A DNA stretch of 60,599 nucleotides, counting the filler, from Sphacelaria rigidula (taxonomy: Eukaryota): the NCBI GenBank assembly GCA_964200075.2. It is 6 parts of 6 records of this genome, joined end to end, with 100 filler letters (N's around TTAATTAATTAA, not from the genome) between each part and the next. Parts side by side here need not be neighbours in the genome. Positions count along the whole stretch, not along the records: positions 1 to 10,018 come from CAXNAA020007313.1; 5 more parts are not named here. One strand, written 5' to 3'. Below are positions 1 through 10,118 of the stretch, in pieces. Both the position numbers and the translations under genes were made by a program. Each line of letters starts with the position of its first letter. The stretch's first letter is position 1. The notes under the pieces were generated by a model. The model worked only from the letters and a program-made list of their open reading frames with translations. It did not search any database and was not told where the DNA came from.

Positions 1-572
1 GTCGCATTCAGCAGTCAGCAATGGTGCAGTGCAGTTCAGTTATCGTGAGACGATCTGTCATATTTCCCCTCGGATTCGAATGTTTGGTCTCTCTTTCTTT
101 CTGACCTCGTGTGCGCTTGCGGGGGTAAACCGTCTTTTTCTCACACGCGGCCATTTGGCAATCTCCGAAATTCCCCCAGGTGGGTAAGTTTTTCGAGCCT
201 CCAGAGGAATTAAACGCCTCCGGAGGGGTGCGCGGCCCTCCAGAGAACATTCTTTGGTTTCCTCCAGAGGGATTAAACGCCTCCGGAGGCTTATTTTTGC
301 CTCTGGAGGGCCGCGCATACCCTCAATTTTCCCCCCGGAGGGTGCGCGGCCCTCCGTGTCGGTAGAGTTTGGTTTTCTCCAGAGGGATTGAAGGCCCCCG
401 GAGGCTTGGTTTTCCCCTGGAGGGCCGCGCATCCCTCCGGAGGCATTTTGGAGTGTAGTCAAATGGCCGCGTGTGCTTTTAAAAATCGTCATTGGGCTGA
501 AGAATGGTTCGGCAGACCCACAATCGCATCGCCCATAGCCTTCTATTCAGGGTCATCATCCACCCTGTAACA
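1..572 (-). mobile_element. 3' LTR of a Copia-like LTR retrotransposon (truncated by contig start, interrupted by a MITE)
   Basis: 1-129 matches 7744-7872 (1 mismatch) and 495-572 matches 8136-8214 (~94%). On the minus strand it begins TGTTAC directly after the purine tract TGAGGGGGGA. Confidence 0.8.
142..475. mobile_element. Non-autonomous CAC...GTG TIR element (CMC/EnSpm-like MITE) with 2-bp CT target-site duplication
   Basis: Perfect 16-bp TIRs CACACGCGGCCATTTG / CAAATGGCCGCGTGTG; many internal CCTCC(A/G)GAGG repeats; CT on both flanks, and a single CT at the empty site in the other LTR (~7883). Confidence 0.85.
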
Positions 573-582
573 TCCCCCCTCA
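573..582 (-). other. Polypurine tract of the LTR element
   Basis: Minus strand TGAGGGGGGA abuts the LTR-initial TG, as is typical of Copia PPTs. Confidence 0.7.
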
Positions 583-3500
583 GTAGATTTGCCAGGTGTT
601 TTACCAGGTATAACCTATCGAGTTGACATGAAAGGGGTAACTCCATACACATTCCTCTATGGCTTTCCATCGAGAAAGTACCGGATAGAGGCTCGTTTCG
701 GCTGCACCTAGATTCGGCTGCTACCCGTTTCGGCTGCTACCCGTTTCGGCTGCACTCATGGGACCGGGTAACTTTCTCATCTTCTACTGCATCTCCGAGC
801 TTCAGTAGAAGTTTCATCCTTGTTCATTCTGCATGGGGTTCTTCACCTGTGAATCACTCACTCGGGGGGGGTGCGCGTTTGGTGGCATGGCTTCTGCTAC
901 CTAGAGTTTGCAACCCGTTGTCGGTATGTCCTGGATACCGCTCACTCTGAACTGCTAATTTGACGCAATTCCCCTCTGTTGAATTCCAACCACTCGTCGT
1001 TCGGGTATCTCCCGCGCTCGTATGGATCAAAGTAATCATATAGCTCACCTGTCCCTACTTTATTGCCGACGTTCCCGAGACGTGTCCTATGATGCTTGGA
1101 CTCCGTCTCTTGTTTCCCTGTTTGGCTTCTAGGACTACCCTAACCTGATCTGGTTTGTGTTTCAATATTTGTTTCACAAAATTCTCTAGACCTAACGCGG
1201 TGTCTGTGCCGCTTATGTGTCGTCCAAGCATGTTTAGGGCAGCCGGGAGAGTACGGTAAAAGAGTATTTGAAATAAGGCATGTTGGAAGGGACGGATGGA
1301 TCTGGGAGTGTAAGTTTGGTCCAGCACGTTTAGTCTACATCCCCGCCCCACTTGTCCCTACCCTCTCAACGATACCTTGACCTCCCGGGTGATTTGCGGG
1401 GGCGTAGTCTATCGATACCTTAAGTCATCCACATGAATAACTCACTCATGCTGCTGCGGGCTCCCCCCTTTTTGGCTGTAGAATAGTCTAGGCATGACGG
1501 AGGTTTGAGACAGGATCAATAGTAGGATGTGGGCCACCGGCATCGACTCTTTCGTCGGTCGGGGGTAGGCAGGCGGTTTTGGTGCCCAGTCGATGACCTG
1601 TGGTATGTATCGAATACCTGATGTACATATGCAGTGAGTGTGCTGGAAGTCAATCTCCAAATCAGGGCTACAAAAGGCAACTCTTTACCATCGTTATAAG
1701 TTGAGACCGGCCTTTTTCCAGCGTCTGCACCCGTATGATCGAGCGTACTCGAGGCAGTCTCTGTTCGTACTGTTCGAGCAGAAATGACCCTGCAAAATAG
1801 CATGGTGTGTTAATTCAGTGTGCGCGTATTTAGTGTGTACCAATTGTCGGGTCACAAATCAGTTGTTGCTGGATGACTAAAGTTGACATATGCTCATCAC
1901 CGGTACCCACAACAGACACTGATCGTCCTTGATGTAGCACTCTCAAAGGCGTTCTTCGAGTCTTCCTTCTTCGTGTCGTTGAACAGAGCAGCTCGTGTTC
2001 GGTTAAGTTGGGAGCTGCTGTTTCTTTTCTCTTCCTGTTTTTGCCATTAACTTCCAACAACTACACTGGATAAATGGGGGAAAGCGCTGATAGCGTTGGG
2101 GGTTTTGGATATGATACTAAACAAATTCGGAGCACAACCCACAGGTGTTCAACACTCCTGATAATTATTGCAATAAGCCACTGTATCTGGTTCAACACCT
2201 GCAGACATGAAACGCTATGGGCGGATCTTTCTCAAATCTTGTGAACAGTACAGCCAAAGGATAACATATCTCCCCAAAACCCAAACGCATGAGCTGTAAG
2301 ATGACAACTAGAAGAATAGCTCGATGAATAGATCTGGGATAAATTTACATTAAAAGAGCACCTGAGTTGACCGTAATGTAACAAGATATTGTGCCGGATA
2401 CCAGTATTTCGACGATGAGTCGTCACGATAGAGTCGCGATACGGTCTCGATATACCACACTGTTCAAGAAAAGACGGTTATTGTTCGTGAGTGTGGAGGT
2501 AAAGCGAAAGCAGCATAGTAAAATAAATGAAACATAGAAGCATCCACGCTCGATATAAACACTGCAACACCAGAGTGAAGCGTGGCACGCAACATGGACT
2601 ATTGGCGGGAGCGACTGTTACGAAAGCGATTATCATAGCCCTTGGCAATATGAGATAAGATACGCGATGTTCAGTCACACCTAACAGTTAGTTCTGTTAT
2701 GTAAACAAAAGACGTACAGCAATCATCCAACCGAGAAAACCACTAAATTATATTCAGCGCGGACACATATCGTCCTCGATGTACCGTGCTTCCGCATCCC
2801 GGCGTGGCCTGGTGGGGGATGAACGGTCACCACTGCATTTAGCGCCGTTTCTCTCGGTGATGACACATATACCCAGGACAAGGGTGTGGGATGAAGGTAG
2901 TAAAGTGTAAGGTCAGCACAACTTGGAAGCACTGAGTACATGAAGATAAGAGCATGCCCTGGTGTTGTCACTCCTGTCGCGTATCGACTCGTTCCGTGTC
3001 GAGCACTGCACTCGACACATAACTTGTGATATAAATAAGGGTACGAAAAGGGCACCATCACCCAATGCAACAAGTATAGACATCAGTAAGCGAGGAATTG
3101 TACGTGTGTAGAATATGCACTGCGAATAAAATCCCAAAATACAAAACATGCGAGACCCACTGAAATCGTGTTTTTCCCACAACAAAAACGGTCACCGCAA
3201 AAATGATATCCGGTGATGCAGTACAAGCGAAAATACAAGGGTGACAAACACAAACACGATCAAATATAGTTCGCAAGGTTGAGCACAAAATACAACGTCA
3301 GAGTTCCCAAAAGCTAAACTATCACCGCAAGGATGAAACCCTGTGGTGTATGGGCAGCGAGAGCGTCGGTAAGGTGTGAAGCCGGACGCAGGGGTCGTCG
3401 CGGGAAAAAGCCCAAGAGCATTGCGGATGAGAGGCAATTCAGCATGTATGTATTGTGGTCATTACATGTGCTCTTCTCCAGAGTTTTAGTGCTCGTGATC

Positions 3501-4325
3501 GTAAAGCTGTTGTTGCATGAGATGCAACAGTGGGAAACTGTTTTTCATCGCCCGTTTTTTATTTTCAGATGGTCGAACAATCTTGGCACTAGGGCTTGAG
3601 GATAGAACTGCCAGTACATGTTGCTACGATACTCTCCCGGTTCTGTTCCCCGTCTCGGCTCGTACTTGAACTGGATGATATTACCTGTGTTGCTGGATGG
3701 ACTCCCGGATGTCTTACTGCATGTGTCGTGTTGTGCTCAAGGTCGCATGTATAATCGTGCTGTGGTGCGGTACCGACAATGGTATGGTTCGCGGTACTCA
3801 CAGGAGGGCTCTGGGACGCTACTACAAAAAGAAAACGAATGAAGAGAAAAATATTCTTCCGATATAGACTGATGGGTGGGAGCTGATCGAGTCACCCACT
3901 ACTGTATTGTACCTGTCATTTGGCGCCCCAACTCGAGGCAGGGTTTACCTGGTAGGGGGTAGACCTGTGGAGGGTTCGCTTGTGCATAGATTTCCTCAAA
4001 TGCATGGTGCAAAAATAAATAAATCAAATGTGTATGGAAGTTACTCGCAGGCGAGCAGATCTGGATATATCGATTTTTCAATGCGGAAAATGAGCCAATC
4101 CCTCTTCTTCATTGTTTTGTTGTTGTTGCGGCGTCGGTGTAGTATATTAATCGCGTTGCTTCCACGGCATATTTTCACATGTGAGTAGACATTGTGTGTT
4201 GTTTGATATTTCATGGGTGGTGGTGGGATCATCATGCATCATGTAGTGTATATTATGAGTAAAGTACATGTCAGTTCTGAAAAACGTTTTTTCGCCGCTT
4301 TCTTGACAAAAAGAAAAGAAAAGAA

Positions 4326-4953
4326 TGAGCTCATATCCCGTATTAAACAAGCGTATATCAGTTCTTTTCAGCGCTGGCAAGTCACCTATTTCGATGCCAA
4401 CGGTTCGGATTTTCTCCTTGAAAAAACAAATATAGGAAAAAATGAGTAGCAATTCAACTCATGTCGGTGCTTACTCAGCCGGTGATGTGCCCGGAGTATG
4501 GATCGGTCGTGTATCGGCGTACAACAAAATGAAGGAAGAAATAACGAGTGGGACTGAAAAAAATGCAAAAAAAAAGAAAAATCAAACGCTTGGTGAGGAT
4601 TGCTAGCGGGCAAACGATCCTGAATAATGAAATATTTTATGCGGGACACGAGCCATTTCCATTTTTCTCTTTTTTTTTTCGTTGGTACCTGTTGATATCT
4701 GTGGTCTATTGATCGCGTTGCCGACACAGAATGTTGTCATGTTAGCTGTTGAAATTGATTGGCGCTTCATGGTTGTTGTCGATGGGATGAGTGAGCATCG
4801 TGTGTCTTTTATTGAGAGAGAGTTACATGCCGGTTCAGAGGAGAATCATGACCTAGGTGCATGTCGTTTCATTACCGTTCATGTCCAACAAGGGAAGAAA
4901 AAAAAGAAAGGAGAGAAAAAAAAAAAGGGACTGAGCTCATGTCTCGCATAAAA
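4326..4953. repeat. Three copies of a ~21-bp motif (GCTCRTRTCYCGYATWAAA) next to A-rich tracts, mixed orientation
   Basis: Copies at 4326-4347 (+), 4635-4655 (-) and 4932-4953 (+); probably termini of a decayed DNA transposon. Confidence 0.4.
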
Positions 4954-5222
4954 AAACAACTTCATCAGTTCCGATTAGTCTCGCAAGCAATCAATGTATC
5001 ACTGTTCAGGCAATATTGTGCCCAGAAGAATATGCGGTGCACTGGATGTGAGTCAAGTCGATCGTTGTGTCCGTCACGCTATGTCGTATGAGCTATGTGG
5101 GTACTCATATTTGTACCAGATGCTTATGCGCTTATAGCCTGAAAAGAAGGAACCTTCAGCACGTGGAGGGTTGGGGGGAAAATACGGCGTGTGGGTCGCT
5201 TGTGGGAGAGTACAACCGGATA

Positions 5223-5679
5223 CCGTAATATCCTCTGTGAACGCCCCGGGAGGCGCGTCAAAATCCGGTCGTCAGAGGATCGCCCCGGGGTGTTCTCAAA
5301 GGTAGAGGGGCGATCTTCCGTAGAAAAAAACACTCCGGGGCGAAAAAGCCCCCGGGGGGTGGGCCTTTTGTAGTTTTTACCTGCACAACATCCACAGCAC
5401 GTCTACGCGGACCTCTCTCGTTTTGGAACCCACGATGTCGGGCCTCAACGCTATCTACGAGCAAGCTTTCAAGAGGCGCAAAAGGCTTGTGATTGGGGGA
5501 GCTTGCGTCGTCCGCAGGGTGGTGAGGAGAAGGAGGATGGGGATGACGGTCCCTCCAACAAAAACAAAAGGGTCCGCTCAAACGAGTGTACCCTGAGCCC
5601 AACTTTGCCCTCACGAGAGTCATCGGGCCAAAGGGGCGCTCCTCGTACCAGCAAAGACATGAAGAACATCAACAACCAT

Positions 5680-5727
<48 letters not shown>

Positions 5728-6067
5728 AGGAACGACAAACAGCACAGTCAGCAGCAACAGCAGTAGCACAAACACGATAGGAGCTACAGGACAGCTGTAG
5801 CAGCAGTAGTAGCGGAGGCAGCTGATTGATTAAACGCCCCGAGGGGAGCCACGAAAAACGAACGAACGCCCCAGGGGCGCAAAAAAATGGGGGGGCGAAC
5901 AAAGAACGCCCCGGGGTGAACACAAGGGTAGAGGGACGATTTTTTGTTTTGCAAAAAAACATAGCGCCCCAGGGTGAAAACAAGGTTTTCGGCGTCAAAA
6001 AACGATTTATTTATTTTTTTGGGGGGGGGTGTTCTCAAAGGGGGGGCGTTCACAGAGGATATTACGG
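5223..6067. mobile_element. Non-autonomous Tc1/mariner (pogo-like) element, 845 bp
   Basis: Perfect 25-bp TIRs CCGTAATATCCTCTGTGAACGCCCC / GGGGCGTTCACAGAGGATATTACGG; left flank TA, right flank TG (mutated TA?); subterminal CGCCCC repeats. Confidence 0.8.
5680..5724 (+). repeat. (AAC)15 microsatellite followed by CAG/TAG-rich tract
   Basis: Read directly; lies inside the 5223-6067 element. Confidence 0.95.
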
Positions 6068-7725
6068 TGTACTGTTCTTTTTATCGGAGTTACGGCTAAT
6101 TTTTCCGATTGCGGCGGCGATTACTGTTATTTGTTATTTTGTGCATTGCATGTAAGGTGTATTTTGACATTTGGGTTAACGTTTCATGTTGATGGATTCG
6201 TTAAGAGCGTGTCTTAGCATGCATAGATTATACATGAGGTTTGTAATGGGCCTCGTTCCATGTGAATTTTGATCGCCGCTGCTGCGTGGGAAAAATATGT
6301 TCATTGACTCGCACAAAAAAAGTGCACATCCGTTGTGTTTAGTCCGGCCAAGTAACCACTTAATTTGTAAATACGTGGACACTGTTCTAGTTTTCAAGCC
6401 CTCGGCACAATGTCCCAAAATCTACTGTGAATAATCAGTTCTCGTCATGCCACCCTGTTTTATGCGAGTAGTCTGTAGCTGCACCACTCATGTTCGACTT
6501 GCCAGTCGTGAGTGCTTGTAGTAATTACTTACCAGCCTCCTGTGCAGACAATAATTTGGTGTTCCTCAGGACGGGTGTCATCGCTACGGGTACATGCCTT
6601 GTGCTCCCATCCGTACTGTACGGACCATCTGTATTCAGTAGTAAATAGGTTTACGGGGAATAGATACGGGTACCGCGGTGCCGGTGCCGGTGGGACAGGA
6701 TTGGGGTGTTGATCCCACCGCCGCTGGTCAAGGGTAATTGCTTGCATTCCTTTGCTAGGGTGATGTCCTATGCGACCACGTCCAAATCATGTGGGATAAC
6801 TGGGGTATGTCTACCATGCAAGGAAGCCAACAACATCAAAAAGACAATCTGCGGACCCTGTAGGACAGTTTGCTGAGACGTTGATAAGCAAAAATCTGGC
6901 ACTGGGCCCACACATCACATTGTGCTGCAGTGAGGTAGACGGCTGCTGCCACCAATCACCGAGGATACAGCAGCTCCGTGCTGGGTCAACCTTTTTGCCT
7001 CAACCTGCATGCACCTGCCTTGCGTGTCTCCTGCAGTACTACGAGTATGGTTACTGCAGACCGAACAGACAGCTGCAGACTCGTCGTCTGATTGTTTGAA
7101 AACTTGATTCTGCAGCATTTTGATCCCACCTCGATTCTGTGCGGACGGAAACAGAGCATGCAGCATTACAACTGCTCACGCGCTCTTCAGCGCACATCGC
7201 ACCGAGGTCGCCGTAAAGAGTTTAGATGCACTACGGCACGGCAACAGCTACCGCATTGCGGTGACTGGGTTGGGAAGCGACTTGCTTGATCACTCAATAT
7301 GCAACAGCCAACATCCTCTGACGGTTTCAACATTTGAACAGATAGTAAACAACACTGCCTGCCTTGCAATATTTCTCACAGCGACGAACGCAGTGTCAAA
7401 AACTAAACAGCTCATATGTAGCCTCAGCGGAGGTAAATTTGATGTTGAGTGATTGCGTTTGCCTCTTCTGCTCTCTCGAATTGGGCACCATGTCGCAGAA
7501 GCAAAGGATGACTTGGTTAGGCGAGCAAGGTAGTCCAGTCGAAGGGTTGCTTTGTGTACGCAAGGCATCCTAGGACCCCCTACAACAGTATACAACCGCT
7601 ACCGTACTATTGCAAACCCGCTACATCACGCCAAGACCATGCATACATTTTGCTTGTTGGGTCGATTATAGCTTTGCAGAAGAGCGGCACGCAATGAGCA
7701 TTGCGTATAGCATGTAGGTTGTCCT

Positions 7726-8214
7726 TGATGAAGGGTGGGTGATGTCGCATTCAGCAGTCAGCAATGGTGCAGTGCAGTTCAGTTATCGTGAGACGGTCTG
7801 TCATATTTCCCCTCGGATTCGAATGTTTGGTCTCTCTTTCTTTCTGACCTCGTGTGCGCTTGCGGGGGTAAAGCGTATTTATCTTTTATAAATCGTGCAC
7901 TGGGGTCCCTAGCAGTCGACTCCAAACATAGCCACCAGGCTATACCCCACCCATTTTCTTTGGGCCGATTTTTTACATAGGACTTCTCTCCTCTATTTTT
8001 TCAAAGAAAATGAGTCTGACGGGAATCGAACCAGCGACCAACTTTTGTGACGGTTTGAGAGACAACCAACTAGACTACTGACAAGTCAGCGCTGACTGGT
8101 CAGTAGTCTAGTTGGTTGTCTCTTAAACCGTCACAGGCTGAAGAATGGTTCGGCAGACCCGCAATCGCATCACCCTATAGCCTTTTATTCAGGGTCATCA
8201 TCCACCCAGTAACA
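7726..8214 (-). mobile_element. Second (putative 5') LTR copy, interrupted by a tRNA-derived insert
   Basis: Homologous to 1-572; TG...CA ends with imperfect 19-bp terminal inverted repeat (TGATGAAGGGTGGGTGATG / CATCATCCACCCAGTAACA, 14/19). Left boundary inferred from that repeat. Confidence 0.75.
7904..8135 (-). mobile_element. tRNA-derived SINE-like insert with a 90-bp fold-back of its 5' end
   Basis: Absent from the other LTR. Minus strand has A-box-like TAGTCTAGTTGG and B-box GGTTCGATTCC then TTTT; 8046-8090 and 8091-8135 are reverse complements with 2 mismatches. Confidence 0.7.
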
Positions 8215-8407
8215 CACATACCCTCGTCCGTATGGTCGGGTGGTTGAAAAAGTATTGATATTCAGTGTCTACAATAGTCGACCGATTCATTTCTTTTGAT
8301 CGGTTGGCCGCGAGGGTACGACTCCATCTGGTCATGAATACGGTTTTCAAGGAAAATTGGAGCCGATTTAACATATATACTACCTATGTTCGCCGTCAAG
8401 GGGTTAG

Positions 8408-8514
8408 CCCTTTGACCGCGAGGGTAGGCAATCTAATGAATCAGCAAAGTTCACTTTATTTTCCGGGTGTGAATGATGCCGGTTCAGAGACCTCCTACCC
8501 TCGCGGTCAAAGGA
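8408..8514. mobile_element. Small piggyBac-like MITE
   Basis: Perfect 20-bp inverted repeats CCTTTGACCGCGAGGGTAGG (8409-8428) / 8494-8513; flanks TTAG and ATAA resemble decayed TTAA. Confidence 0.55.
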
Positions 8515-8525
8515 ATAAACAATCG

Positions 8526-8893
8526 TAGCTCTCATAGCTCTCATAGCTCATCCAGGGCAAACATGTGGAGCTCATGCATTTCTCATAGCTCATCCAGGGC
8601 AAACATGTGCAGCTCATGCAGCTCTCATAGCTCACCCAGGACGAATATGAGCTGATGAGCTACGGGTTGGTAGTTCACCTATCGCAAACGTGCGTAGCTC
8701 ATACAGCTCCCACAGCTCACCCAGGACGAATATGAGCTAATGAGCTACGGGTTGGTAGCTCACGTAGGGTAAACATGCGTAGCTTGTCAGCTCTCATAGC
8801 TCACCCCAGGAAAAATATGCGTAGCTCATGTAGCTCTCATAGCTCACTAGGGAGCTACGCTCAAAAAGAGCTAGCTCGAGCTACAGGGAGCTG
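8526..8893. repeat. AGCT-rich minisatellite with ~42-bp monomers and ~84-bp dimers
   Basis: Recurring CTCTCATAGCTCA(T/C)CCAGG...AGCTCAT units read directly. Confidence 0.85.
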
Positions 8894-10018
8894 ATCTGTC
8901 CGACATGTGAAATATTATCTCCCCCGCCTTCCTGGACCATTCAACTATTCGCAATTCGGAAGTTTCCCAACACAACCCGACACATCATGTATTCTTGAGC
9001 GTAATCTCGTTTCCGCCGTTGAAAGCGTTAGGATGTGGATAGAAAATAAAATTTGATGAGGATCGACGGAGTCCAGAGTGCTGATCAAATCCTCGGTGAC
9101 CAAATGTCAGGCAGCTACCGGGGAAGTTATCACTTGATACCTTTGAGACTACTCCCGAGAAAAGGGAATGCATGAAGTGTGACAAGGAAAAACAAAGAAC
9201 AACAATCACGCTGGTATCGCCCCACCACACAAGGAAACGGGCCCGCCGTGTTGCTTGTAGACCATGAACTGCTGTTCAATTACAGCTACAAGCTGCAGTA
9301 GCAACACCACATTTCCTCGAAGTGAAATCTATCTTCCAGAACCAACACCTCCTCGAAGTGAAATATGTCTTCCGGACCCGACAGGATCATCGAACTCGGA
9401 CCATCACCCTCCGCCAGCATGGACCCATCTCTTGAACCCCCACTCCCCGACATCGACAACCTAGACATACTGCCATCCTCTCCTCCGGTATCCTTAGAGC
9501 CAATCACCCCATGATTGTAGTGGATCTCCCCGATCTGCATCCGCTTACCGTCGTTGCCGTACACGCTGTTCCCTTTCGCATGTGAATGCCTGACCGAAGG
9601 CCATTTGCCGTATCGAGCGTTGTCTCGACCCCGAATGCTGGAGATACTCTCTTCTTGCTGAACAGAACCTTCCTCGCTTTCCGATTCTCACCACTTGTCG
9701 TAGCCAAGCCCGTTCTCGTCCTGAGCTTCAACGGCGTCTGCCTCCAGCGGTAACTTCCCTTGCTCTCTTGTCCCAGCCACTCATCGTCATCAACGAACAG
9801 CCGATTTTATATTTGGGGGTTCAACACTAAAATGGGGCTGAAGTCGCATTTCTCTATTGCAGGGAAGATACGAAAGAGTAACACAGAGCGATAGGATCTC
9901 CCCCCCCCAAACTCAGCAGGAGAACTTGACCGTCAGACCGCGAGAGTAGGTCACCTGCTGAATCGGCATCAATATTCACTTGGAAAAAGTACACGCGTGG
10001 TCCAGATGGACTACGGGC

Positions 10019-10118
10019 NNNNNNNNNNNNNNNNNNNNNNNNNNNNNNNNNNNNNNNNNNNNTTAATTAATTAANNNNNNNNNNNNNNNNNNNNNNNNNN
10101 NNNNNNNNNNNNNNNNNN
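10019..10118. other. Artificial contig-join spacer
   Basis: 44 N + TTAATTAATTAA (stops in all six frames) + 44 N; identical at five places. Confidence 0.98.

Larger units (their letters stand above)
583..7725 (-). mobile_element. Decayed internal region of the LTR element with nested insertions; no intact gag/pol
   Basis: Lies between two same-orientation LTR copies. Only broken ORFs, a possible zinc-knuckle remnant (YPGHT, ~910-950) and short TTCGGCTGC tandem repeats at ~695-753. That the two LTRs belong to one element is inferred. Confidence 0.45.

Noticed and set aside
2424..2998. Possible CAC...GTG element
   Set aside because: Inverted repeat is weak and there is no TSD.
5469..5998. Poly-L, poly-N and poly-C ORFs
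   Set aside because: Translations of the (AAC)n microsatellite.
8012..8082. Possible tRNA gene on the minus strand
   Set aside because: A/B boxes are present but there is no proper acceptor or anticodon stem, and it lies in an insertion; treated as SINE-like.
8526..8893. CRISPR-like array
   Set aside because: No unique spacers, no cas genes, eukaryotic context.
10063..10074. TTAATTAATTAA (PacI-like) motif recurring every ~10.1 kb
   Set aside because: Artificial linker; contig lengths 10018, 10017, 10017, 10016, 10016, 10015 show size-sorted concatenation.
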